Shown one piece after another: positions 1 to 9,555 of a stretch of DNA of 20,000 bases; position 1 is the first letter of the stretch; each line of letters begins with the position of its first letter. The translations under genes were made by a program, and so were the position numbers. This DNA is from Hydrurus foetidus (lineage: Eukaryota): NCBI GenBank assembly GCA_900617105.1, contig UYFQ01000046.1, forward strand, positions 44,110 through 64,109, read 5' to 3'. The notes below the pieces were generated by a model. The model did no database searches. It saw nothing but the letters and a program-made list of their open reading frames with translations, and was not told where the DNA came from.

Positions 1-175
1 ACACACGTACACACACGTACTTACACATGTATGTACATATCTAATATGTACGTATGTACGATCGCCTATAGCGTAGTACATAGATGTATAGGCGTACATA
101 CGTAAGTACTCCTGTACTTGCGCATGTACGTTCTTATACATACACATGCATACGTACTCCTATAATATCGCCATA
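1..175. repeat. Low-complexity TACA/CGTA-rich degenerate tandem repeat (~71-bp unit); left half of the DNA transposon target site
   Basis: 125..175 (tgtacgttcttatacatacacatgcatacgtactcctataatatcgccata) closely matches 12521..12571 (tgtacgttcatatacatatacacgcatacgtacccctgtactatcgccatg) on the far side of the transposon. Confidence 0.75.
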
Positions 176-199
176 CCGTCGCCGACCCTATGTTTGCGG
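176..199 (+). repeat. Left terminal inverted repeat CCGTCGCCGACCCTATGTTTGCGG
   Basis: Exact reverse complement of 12475..12498; preceded by TA. Confidence 0.95.
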
Positions 200-536
200 G
201 GGACTTGAGAGTATACCCGTGACATAGGACTTCTTTTTGTCCGAGGAGTAGGAGATCATACTTATTGGACCTTCTGCACTCCAAGCACAACTACAAATTC
301 AAAATTGCTTCCCCTGCAATTCTGAGTGGTGCATTCTGTCACTTGAGTTTTGTTCTCTCATCGTGCAACAGGTTCTATTCGTTGAAGACCAGATCGCATC
401 GCTGGAGTTTTTACACGGAGCCATCATCAATTTCGACACGGTCCGTAAGCAGCTGAATATTTATTAAGGGATAGCCCAATCTGCAGAACTGTCAGCTAAT
501 CGACCTCAAGATAAATGTATAGAAACAGAATCTGTT

Positions 537-550
537 TTGTCCGGCAGGCC
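537..550 (+). promoter_or_regulatory. 14-bp internal inverted motif TTGTCCGGCAGGCC (left copy), candidate promoter element
   Basis: Exact reverse complement at 4611..4624; 57 nt upstream of the ATG at 608. The function is inferred. Confidence 0.45.
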
Positions 551-607
551 ACGAGGTCTACTTAATTTCAAAATTGACATGTCCTCCAATTACCTTGTTT
601 TTTAGTC

Positions 608-1420
608 ATGCCGCTGATTGCGACTATCGATTGCACAGCGAGTGGGCTATTCGCGTTGGATAAGAGAATCAAGGTCAAGAAAGGGTCTACTTGCAGGTTG
701 AAGCGTAACTTCGACAATCTGCACGGTGAGCGTCTTATCAATATAGCCCTCAGGAAGCGAACTTTATTTGATGTCCTCACCAAAAATATTTTCTGCCAAG
801 TACATGCTTATTTTCTGAATGCTAATTGATGCTGACAATTTACACTAGATAAGGTGCGAGGTGAATCGCTGCCCAAATTTTCTCTATTTCTCTTACTTAT
901 AGTTTCTAGCAGCTTAAGTGCTGCGTCAGTATTCGACGAAGAGTTCCTCAGTATTCCCTGCATAGTCAGAACTGCTGAACACCTAGCACTCTACGGAGAA
1001 ATCCCTCACTTCTCAACAACAACTTATCTGCTACCACAGTCATTTGTGCTGTAGACTTACGACCCGTTAATTATTGTGCTCTTACTGATACCATGTTTTT
1101 TTTGCTGATTATTAGATACGAACTGTATCCAAGTGCTCGCCCCTGATGATATGGACGGCGACAACAAAGGGTTTTATGACCCTGGTGAGCACATAGGAAA
1201 TCTGCGGAGGGAATGGGCGGCATTGCTTGCTCCCATATTAGATATGCTAATTGAAACTGATACGTTGTACTCTGTATCTTTTGATTGCTGTTTGTATCAT
1301 GGAGACACATCGCACGCCAGAAACGGTTACGCATTGAGAATTTTTGTAGTCAGTAGTAATACAACTGAATTCAATCTAAAACTCTCATCCTTCTTCAGTG
1401 ACTCTCAATCACAGTACTGA
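608..1420 (+). other. Possible spliced second (cargo) gene or gene remnant inside the DNA transposon; product unknown
   Basis: Successive + strand ORFs 608..829, 854..1054 and 1133..1420 are separated by intron-like segments (GT at 800, GCTGAC at 831, TAG at 848; pyrimidine tract ending TAG at 902; T tract ending TAG at 1115). I could not build one fully phase-consistent model. Confidence 0.3.
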
Positions 1421-1537
1421 TGAATTCTCGTACTCTGCATTTCTGTGATTTGAATGATAAGCACTGTTTTATTCAATCTGAACCGAATTACTTGCATGTA
1501 ATTACTAATTGTTTTTTATAATACATGTTTGTATAAG

Positions 1538-1909
1538 ATATATTAGTGAAGAAAAAATGCGAAAAGTAGAGTGCAAGTTGTGCGTTTGGCTATCGCTATA
1601 ACTACTTCTGACATGATGACCGTGTTAGTGGCAGTAAGTACGTGAAAACCGTACGTGCAATATTATCATTTTTTCTTGAAATCAATGTCCCATACGTATG
1701 TGTAATATATTAGTGAAGAAAAAATGCAAAAAGTAGAGCGCAAGTTGTGTGTTTGGCTATCGCTATAACTACTTCTGACATGATGACCGTGTTAGTGGCA
1801 GTAGGTACGTGAAAACCGTACTTGCAATATTATCATTTTTTCTTGAAATCAATGTCCCATACGTATGTGTAACATATAAGTGAGAAAAAATGCGAAAAGT
1901 GGAGTGCAA
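1538..1909. repeat. 167-bp tandem repeat, about 2.2 copies, downstream of the transposase stop
   Basis: Units start at 1538, 1705 and ~1872 (atatattagtgaagaaaaaatgc...); the first two differ by only a few substitutions. Confidence 0.9.
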
Positions 1910-1924
1910 TTTGGCGATATTAAA

Positions 1925-4552
1925 TTACAAACTCTCTATAAAATTCATTGCCTCTGTTATCTCATGATCGTATTCTAACATGGCACTATCATATTCTAAC
2001 ATAAAATTGATCGTAGGTATTTCTCCATTTGTCTCATCTAACGCAATGTCACTAAAGTCAACACTGTTATGACTGGAGGTTGAAGAAGTCCCAGTAGGTA
2101 TAACCTTCATTGTGCCACATAAATTATGTTTTGAGTACGGTTGAAAGATTGGTTGTGACACATCGCTATCATCTAATGGAACACAACCTGTACTTATGAA
2201 TGACCTTTTTACTCCTTCAGCAAATTTCATCTCTTTGAATCCACCAGCTAAAAGATCGAATAGATCTTGAATGCCTTGGAGCATCTTGGGTTTAGGGGGT
2301 TGAAAGACAGGTAACGTACGTTCATGTACATCTTTTGCTGATTCTTCTTCGTACTTTTTTTTAAAAGCCTGGAAACTTTCCACTATTCTAGCTCCTCTCA
2401 AATTTCTTGTGTGTGCTTTCAGAGGCCCATTAACAACCAAATCTAATACTTGTAGAACACCTGTCATATTGGGGGGCAAACAAGCTATTTGTACACCTAA
2501 CTCACTGATTACCTCATCAACCATATTTGTTTTGTGACATCCACAATTGTCAAACCATATCATTAACTTTCCTAGCCTTGATTTCAGTGGTTTTACAACA
2601 GTTTCTAACCACATGATCATTCTAACTGTATCGTTCCATGCCTTGAACTGACTAGTTATAACATGACCTGTAACTTTGTTAATAATATAGTAACATGCAT
2701 GAGTATTTGTCACACCTTTTATTGTCAACTCTTTTGTCCACTTAATTAGATCCCATTCATCATCTACACCAAATCCTTTATTCTTTTTATGGAGGTCCTG
2801 TATAACCCTCATCCCTGATTGGTCTGGTCTTTCTTCTGAGCTAACTGAGTGTTTAATGATAATGAATAAAGGCACAAACTCGGCATTACCACTTACCGCT
2901 ACAACCGCTGTTATGCCAAGCATCGTATTAGGTATACCAATATTCTGAGCGCGTTGTTGGTCGGGTGGACAGTACATGTATTCCGGGCCTATCGCGTAGG
3001 TAAACGCTGTTTCATCCATATTTATTGTTGTATCTCTGGTGTGTCCAAAGTCTTTGTACATTGATTGACCGATTTCCATTATCCTCTTTATTTCTTCATC
3101 TGATGGTACATTTTTATCATCAGTCGTTATCTTTCTTCTACGCATGTTTGCCCGCGTCAAAAATTTTCGAACCCATTTTGAACTGAACTCAAGAGCTTGT
3201 ATTTTATCATCATTAATCTACCTATCACCCGCTTGAACAGTCTTTGCAGCTTGTTCGATTATTGCATAAGTGTAAACGACACTGACCAGGATACGTGGAA
3301 CGTTGGTGAGGACAACCTCAACCTATCAAGATAGACACACGTACGTACGTTCGATATCTTAGTATTTGAGTTAGCAAAACGTGTATATACATTACTGTGT
3401 AGTAAGATGCAGATCACTCACAAAAATGATAACAGATTATTTGATGTAATAAAATGATGTATCACGGTGAATTTTGATGATACTTACATTTTTTTGCTCA
3501 AATTCACATATCATTAAATTACCCCAGACATCAGCCTCGAATTCCACAGAGATCTTTCTCCCACATGTTTTTTTCATCACATCCCTTTTGACTACCCACC
3601 TCACTATTGTTTCCATAACAAGTTCAGAATATCTTGCATGTTTAATTAAAATTTCCTTGGTGTGAGTAGCTGTCACAATATTATTAGCTCTGTATTTTTC
3701 ACCCTCTAACTCACTGCGAGCTGTAATTATAGCATCAAATAATGAGATAACCAGCTGTATCCCATGCAATTTGAACCTTATATTTTTATTAGGAAACTTT
3801 CCCAGCATTTGGTGGACAGCGGAATGGTTTATTATTTGTGATATTGTCACAGTATCATCAACGTTATCGTCGTCGAATATCTTTCGCCGTACAGCTTCTA
3901 AAGCACCAGCGCTTCGCGATGTAGATTCTTTTATTGCAGCATTGATGTATATTGTAGGTGACTCATTAGCAGCGCAAATACTATTTGACACGAACTCATA
4001 TACTTCTTTTGCGTATCTTCCCATCTGCCTGTCACCGATTTCTTCACCTTTCTTTCTCCGTTTGAACGATTCAGACTTTGCATTATTGACGTCCAGCTGA
4101 TTTAACCATAATAAACCGTTAATCTCACTGATTGACAAATACTTTGAATCTGCTGTGCATGTTTTAATTAGCAATGTGTTCGCAGTACTTGTAATTTCTG
4201 TAACTAAGTAGTCACGTGACTTATCACCATTCAAATTATTTGTCCCGAACTTTATATCTGTTCCCCTGCTCCTTGCCGCCAAGTCCATGAAAGCTTCCGT
4301 TCTCATTTCTCCCTTAGAGCTAATACTAATGACGCTGCAACCAAATTCCTCGATGGTCTTCTTGAAGATGCTCAGACCTTGATGCAAGGCCAACGCATCG
4401 AATCTGAAGTTGTGGTCTTCGTAGTGATCCATCATCCGCAGCTCAGCGCTAAGAGAACCGATCGACGACTGGTGATTTACAGGCTTACTAGGACGACAAA
4501 CGAGCGCTATGGCGACTGAGAAAGCGCACAATTTAACCGATAGAGATACCAT
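1925..4552 (-). pseudogene. pogo/Fot1-like transposase, two exons (4552..3488 and 3322..1925), ~820 codons with one in-frame TAG at 3218..3220
   Basis: Catalytic motifs NMDET, WFDNC and LQVLD, with 35 residues between D2 and D3, and LPPNMT. CENP-B-like HTH segment (VYTYAIIEQAAK...LEFSSKWVRKFLTR) upstream of the 1925..3160 ORF. A phase-0 intron joins it in frame to ORF 3437..4579. Confidence 0.88.
3323..3487 (-). other. Spliceosomal intron (165 nt, phase 0) in the transposase gene
   Basis: Minus-strand donor AAT|GTAAGT at 3487 and acceptor CTTGATAG|GTT at 3323; removal keeps the frame (EQKN|VEVV). Confidence 0.75.
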
Positions 4553-4610
4553 CTGCAGTAATCGGATAAAATAGTTCAAAATTCACATTCAGAAGCGATG
4601 CAGATATGCA

Positions 4611-4624
4611 GGCCTGCCGGACAA
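4611..4624 (-). promoter_or_regulatory. 14-bp internal inverted motif (right copy), candidate transposase promoter element
   Basis: Reverse complement of 537..550; 58 nt upstream of the transposase ATG at 4552. Confidence 0.45.
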
Positions 4625-4687
4625 CATCGATTATCTAACTAGATGTACTAACAAACGCATAAATCATCGCTAGAGGTTGCTCGATCC

Positions 4688-4903
4688 TGTGGTCTCACTA
4701 GGACTCTGGGCTGGAACGGAGGGCTGCTGGAACGCGGGCGAAGGAAAGGGGGTGATGGGGCTGGTGCTATGGATAGCAAAGTGGTTAGCTTACAGATAAA
4801 CACAGCAGGTATCATGGCAATGAATCGTGTGGATCGGATCGTCCTCGATCCGATCCGAACGTACGCCTGTACCCGTACCGCCCGTACGGGTGTACGGGTC
4901 ACA
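4688..4903 (-). repeat. 3' LTR of element A (216 bp)
   Basis: Appears identical to 11991..12206; TGTG...CACA termini; adjacent to the PPT. Confidence 0.97.
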
Positions 4904-4906
4904 GTG

Positions 4907-4919
4907 CCCCTCTCTATCT
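4907..4919 (-). other. Polypurine tract of element A (AGATAGAGAGGGG)
   Basis: Purine run on the minus strand ending 3 nt before the 3' LTR TG. Confidence 0.85.
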
Positions 4920-5096
4920 AAAGGGGTGTACTAACTAACAAAATTCATCATCAAAATACTAACTATGAATAGATCCTAACTATTGAAAAACTATTTCAGA
5001 CTGAAACCGGAAGTTTCGTACTGAATAAACCTCCATAAAACCCGTTGGAATTCAATGTAGGAGGAATCTTTATGATTTAGTGAATCAAAATGTTGT

Positions 5097-5205
5097 GTTT
5101 TGGTTTTGGTTTTGTTTTTGTTTTTGTTTTGGTTTTGGTCTTTTTTTTTTTTTTATTTTATTTTATTTTATTTTATTTTATTTTATTTTATTATTATTTT
5201 TTTTT
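5097..5205. repeat. (TTTTG/TTTTGG)n and (TTTTA)n simple repeats in the 3' UTR of element A
   Basis: Directly visible; A-rich on the coding strand. Confidence 0.9.
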
Positions 5206-5217
5206 ATATGATATCGG

Positions 5218-8200
5218 TTATCGGTAGTTCGCGATGAATTCGCGTGGTATTAAATGTTTAAGGTTCTTTTTTATCAAAAACTCATATACTTTTTGCGACT
5301 TGCGCATATGTGTCCACGGTTCCCAGGTGTTGTGTTCCTGAGTATAGTTGAGCCATTTCACATGAAATGTGAGTGTTTTGTAAGCTCGAATATTACCTTT
5401 CATTTCTAAAATATCTTCGATGAAGAATTCTAGGTAGTCCCTACGAGCTATATCGGTTGGGTCTACATGAGTTGGGTCGAATTGGAAAGGTTTTAATTGT
5501 GTCATGTGGTACACTTTTTCTTTATGTGTTATTAGATCGAGTAAAGTATACTCTGCGAAGTTGTGACTGACAACTCGCATCGGACCACGCCACAGTGTGT
5601 GCATGCGTGTTTCCGGTGTTGTTCGCTGTTGCACAAGTACATATGTATCGACTCCAAATTGTGTGATGTTGGGTGATTGTTGTGCATTGTGGATGTCGTC
5701 TGATTCTTTGAGTAAACGTGCAGTGATTTGGATAAGTTCATCCTGCAACGTCAACATTGTATCTGTTGATTTCGATAGTGAATGGGATTCCAAATCGATT
5801 TCGTCTCGCGGGAGTAGGATATTGGCATCGAGGTCGATAGCGTTGCCATAGATGAGTTGTGCAGGTGATACTTTCATACGGTCGTTTACAGTTGAATTTA
5901 GTATTCTTTGTACGAATGGTAGTATTTCCGCGTAATTTTCCGTTGTTGCGCGTTCGTACGCGTATGCGGTGATGTGACGATTTATTTCTTTGTTGATACG
6001 TTCGACGATAGCGTTTTCTTCTGAACAGTATGGTAATATTTTGTTGTGGGTTGTACCAACAATTTTCACGAACTCATCGATAATGTGAGCGACGAAGTGT
6101 GGGCCATTATCTGATCGAAGTATAGATGGTGTGCCGTATCGGCCCACGTGTTCTATGAGTGCTTTGCACGCTGCTTTAGCTGTTGCATCAGGTGTAGCAT
6201 AGAGTTCGACAAATCTTGAAAATGTGTCGATCATAACAAGGATGTATCCTTTATCTGGGAATGGTCCGATGAAGTCAATATTAAGACATTCCATTGGTTT
6301 GTATGTTGATGTCGTGTACCTATATGCATTGATGGGATATTTCATAGCCGACATCTTTTGGCAACAAGGACAATTTTTTATGAATGTTTTTACTGCGTCA
6401 CGCATTCCCAACCATATGTTATTTGATTTTTTTAAGTTACGCAGAGTGCGTTGAACACCACCGTGTCCGACTGTAGTGTTATGACACTTTGCAATTAAGT
6501 TATATTGCTCTGTCGTCATCGGTTTGTGTGTCAGAATTGCAGCTATTATTCCTGATTTAGGTAGCATTCTGTTTTTACATAGGCGAGACATTGCATCAGC
6601 AATTTCGTTTTGTTTCCCAGGGATATATCCTATCGTATATTCTAATTCTTGCAGGGCCATACGCCATCTGCTGACCATTTCGTTCTTGTCTTTTTCAAGG
6701 AACGTAAGATTTTTGTGGTCTGTTAGAATAGTGAATTTACGATCTCGTAGCAGTGCGTCGAGATAGGTACAGCAATAATATAGCGCGAAGGCTTCTTTTT
6801 GTATTACTGACCATTTCAGTTGAGTCTTGGTAAGAGACTTGCTTACAAGAGCGACGAGTTGTTTTTCCCCGTCGACTTCTTGATACAAATAGCCGCCTAT
6901 ACCGTAATCCGAAGCATCGGTCATTAGGGTTATGGGCGCTGTATCGTGTATAAAATATAGTAAAGGACTCTGTGCAATTAGATCTTTGATCTTTTGGAAA
7001 GAATTTGCAGCGTCATCTGTCCAGATAAGCAATGATTGCTTTTTCGCTGCGTGATCGATCATTTTATGCAGTGGTGCAACCACGTTAGAGTGATTTGGTA
7101 CATGATCCCGAAAATAATTGGTGAGTCCGAGAAACGATCTTAGTTCGGTCGTCTTTCTTGGCATAGGAAAGTCGGTCACACCTCTTATTTTTTTGGAACT
7201 CATAGTTATACCATCTTTAGATATTTGTTTACCAACATATTCAACTAATTTTACATTTAGTTTAAGCTTTGCAGCTTTTAGTGATATGTTTTTTTCTTCG
7301 AGACGTTGAAACAATATTTCTAAACGTTCGCAGAACTCCTCAAATCCATTACCATAAACGATTATATCGTCGAGGTATACTTCACAAATGTGATATATTA
7401 GTCCCAGAAGGACTATTGTGGCCATCATTTCTTGGAAATATGAGGGAGCTCTTTTGGGTCCGAATGGTAGTCGGGTAAAGTGGTGAATACCCATAAAGGT
7501 GACGAACGCGGTGTACACGCGTGTACTCAGAGTCAGTGGGGCTTGGTGATAACCTGCAGTGAGGTCGATTACACCGAATGTGTCTGCCTTTTGTGAACCT
7601 AATCTCGCTAACATTTGTCTAATATTAGGAATTGGCCAGCTTGCTGACTCTGTTGCATCGTTGAGGTGACGGTAGTCAATACAGAATCGGTATGAACCGT
7701 CTGGCTTAGACGCAAGTGTAACTTGTGAGTAGTATGATGCCTCTGATTTGACTATTATACCCTGTTCTAGCATAGTATCAACTTGTTTACGGATTTCAAT
7801 TTGTTTCCGTATTGACGTTGGTCGGGGTGCTACACGATTCCTGAATACTTTCCATTCTGGATCCCGTACGGGTAGTCCAAACGGTGGAATACGTGCAGGC
7901 TCCGGTCCGAGTTTGTTGTTGAAAAGCTTAATGTGTTCGACACAGATTGCTCTTATTTTTGCTATTTGGTCAGGGGTACCATCGATGTGTATTAAATCGA
8001 TGAGGTACATTTTATCCTCTGTTGGATTGTCTTGGAAAGGAGCGAAGGTATCCTTCGACTTGTAGTCAATCTCTTCGGGTCCGAAGGGTTGAACCTCCGG
8101 GAGTTCTTCACGCTCCCGGAGTAGAGCAGCAACTAGACCACGCGTTTGAGCTGGTGCCTTGGATGAGGGAGTTGGAGTAGCTAATTCCGGACTCCTGTCG

Positions 8201-9555
8201 GTTGTTAAACCTAAATCACTGTGTCGGGGAGGTGACAACAAAACTGCTGCCTCGACCGTAGAGTGCACAGTGAACTCATCTAAAACAAGTTGAGCCGCTG
8301 CCGCAGCTGAACCTGTGGGACACCCGCATGATGCAGTGCATGTCTTGCTTGTACAAGCACCTCGAGCCACCAGGTCGTCTTGCCATCGACTGTCTGCGTC
8401 TGAGGGTTTTATCCCCTCCTGGCTAGTTATAACCAGAGGTATGTTGTGTGTGTTTTTATTTTGTTGCGTTGTGTCAGTGTAGGTGACGACATGTTCAGGT
8501 TCTGCATATAGCAGCTGTACTGGAATAGTTGTAAGAACGTCCGTTCTCGACTTTTGTAATTGTTTTGACGTCGGATGTGGAAGAAGTTCTGTTCCGATTT
8601 GATCTACATTTTGGAAGAATTCTGGAAGAATTTTTACCAGGTTGAGATCTTTGATTGTTTTTAATCCGAGGATTAAATCGACTTTGGAGTCTTCCGCAAT
8701 TCGGACAGGAAGAGCGAAAGTGTATTTGAGAAAATCTTTTTTAAATGATACAACAATATCAAGCACATGTGTAGATTCAATACATTGATTATTTAGACCG
8801 GAACACATCCATAAGGGAGTGTCCGTTGTGCGCAAGTGGGGTTCGCCTTGCAGGCCCCGAAGGACTCTACGGTTGACTACGTCCCCAACTTGGCATCCGG
8901 TGTCGAGTTGTGCGAGAGCGGCCAAGTCGTTACTTGGGCTCGTATTTGTTGGAGGAGGAGGATTTTCCGGAGGTGTTGTTGTCGTCCCGGCGGTTGTCTT
9001 TGTCTTTCGCCGAGTCGCGCGACTCTTCCTTGCGGGAGTTGTCACGGTCGCGATCGTTAGCGCGGTGGTTGGGACGGTAACCGGGGATCGGATCTGTGGT
9101 AGAGATATTGTTACTTGTAAGTAATCGTCTATGTTTTCAGGTAATATCGCTGATAGTAGTTGTGTCATGTTTGGAATTTTCTGACTGTCGTCAGAATGCA
9201 ATGTATGCGCGTCAGTCAATGACAACTTACTTTTGCCTTTGTATCCGAACTCTTGGCCGGTTTTGTTGTTGACGTTTCTGCGGCTACGGTTTGCGTCACG
9301 ATCGGTGTTGCGGTCGTTGGCGTTGTTGTTGTTGCGTTCGTTATCGCGATCGTTGTTGGTACGATCCGACTTCGCATTGTTGTTGTTGTCGTTGTTGTTT
9401 TTGTTATTGTTGCGTTTGTTTTTGTTTTTGTTGTTTTGGGGTTGTTTCTCTGGACCCTTGTCGGTGGTGTCTCCTTCCGTGGGATAGATGTATGTGGACG
9501 CTCCATGATTGATGGTAGTTTGCGTCATTACCCCGTTGAGGTAGACGTTTGGCAC
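5218..9555 (-). CDS. pol: Polyprotein of element A: Asn-rich Gag tail, aspartic protease, RT, RNase H, integrase, chromodomain (frame open from 9663)
   Basis: Uninterrupted 1445-aa ORF: LDTG (PR); YRFCIDYR, LPFG, YLDD (RT); TDASDYGIG, TDHKNL, ADAMSR (RH); H..H..CPCC, IDF/SDNG/ENAIVER, WRGPM (IN); FHVKWLNY...NTWEP (chromodomain). Confidence 0.96.
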   Translation of the reverse strand: MPNVYLNGVMTQTTINHGASTYIYPTEGDTTDKGPEKQPQNNKNKNKRNNNKNNNDNNNNAKSDRTNNDRDNERNNNNANDRNTDRDANRSRRNVNNKTGQEFGYKGKSKLSLTDAHTLHSDDSQKIPNMTQLLSAILPENIDDYLQVTISLPQIRSPVTVPTTALTIATVTTPARKSRATRRKTKTTAGTTTTPPENPPPPTNTSPSNDLAALAQLDTGCQVGDVVNRRVLRGLQGEPHLRTTDTPLWMCSGLNNQCIESTHVLDIVVSFKKDFLKYTFALPVRIAEDSKVDLILGLKTIKDLNLVKILPEFFQNVDQIGTELLPHPTSKQLQKSRTDVLTTIPVQLLYAEPEHVVTYTDTTQQNKNTHNIPLVITSQEGIKPSDADSRWQDDLVARGACTSKTCTASCGCPTGSAAAAAQLVLDEFTVHSTVEAAVLLSPPRHSDLGLTTDRSPELATPTPSSKAPAQTRGLVAALLREREELPEVQPFGPEEIDYKSKDTFAPFQDNPTEDKMYLIDLIHIDGTPDQIAKIRAICVEHIKLFNNKLGPEPARIPPFGLPVRDPEWKVFRNRVAPRPTSIRKQIEIRKQVDTMLEQGIIVKSEASYYSQVTLASKPDGSYRFCIDYRHLNDATESASWPIPNIRQMLARLGSQKADTFGVIDLTAGYHQAPLTLSTRVYTAFVTFMGIHHFTRLPFGPKRAPSYFQEMMATIVLLGLIYHICEVYLDDIIVYGNGFEEFCERLEILFQRLEEKNISLKAAKLKLNVKLVEYVGKQISKDGITMSSKKIRGVTDFPMPRKTTELRSFLGLTNYFRDHVPNHSNVVAPLHKMIDHAAKKQSLLIWTDDAANSFQKIKDLIAQSPLLYFIHDTAPITLMTDASDYGIGGYLYQEVDGEKQLVALVSKSLTKTQLKWSVIQKEAFALYYCCTYLDALLRDRKFTILTDHKNLTFLEKDKNEMVSRWRMALQELEYTIGYIPGKQNEIADAMSRLCKNRMLPKSGIIAAILTHKPMTTEQYNLIAKCHNTTVGHGGVQRTLRNLKKSNNIWLGMRDAVKTFIKNCPCCQKMSAMKYPINAYRYTTSTYKPMECLNIDFIGPFPDKGYILVMIDTFSRFVELYATPDATAKAACKALIEHVGRYGTPSILRSDNGPHFVAHIIDEFVKIVGTTHNKILPYCSEENAIVERINKEINRHITAYAYERATTENYAEILPFVQRILNSTVNDRMKVSPAQLIYGNAIDLDANILLPRDEIDLESHSLSKSTDTMLTLQDELIQITARLLKESDDIHNAQQSPNITQFGVDTYVLVQQRTTPETRMHTLWRGPMRVVSHNFAEYTLLDLITHKEKVYHMTQLKPFQFDPTHVDPTDIARRDYLEFFIEDILEMKGNIRAYKTLTFHVKWLNYTQEHNTWEPWTHMRKSQKVYEFLIKKNLKHLIPREFIANYR

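Noticed and set aside
1538..1909. CRISPR-like array
   Set aside because: Contiguous long tandem units with no unique spacers, in a eukaryotic context with no cas genes.
537..4624. The 14-bp inverted motifs as TIRs of a separate nested transposon
   Set aside because: No target-site duplication flanks them; the outer 24-bp TIRs with TA explain the element.
4648..4902. Identical small ORFs in both LTRs (also 11879..12205)
   Set aside because: A by-product of LTR duplication and GC richness; GTG start and no recognisable domain.
5097..5205. TTTTGG runs as telomeric repeats
   Set aside because: Irregular, mixed with TTTTA, and located within the retroelement 3' UTR.
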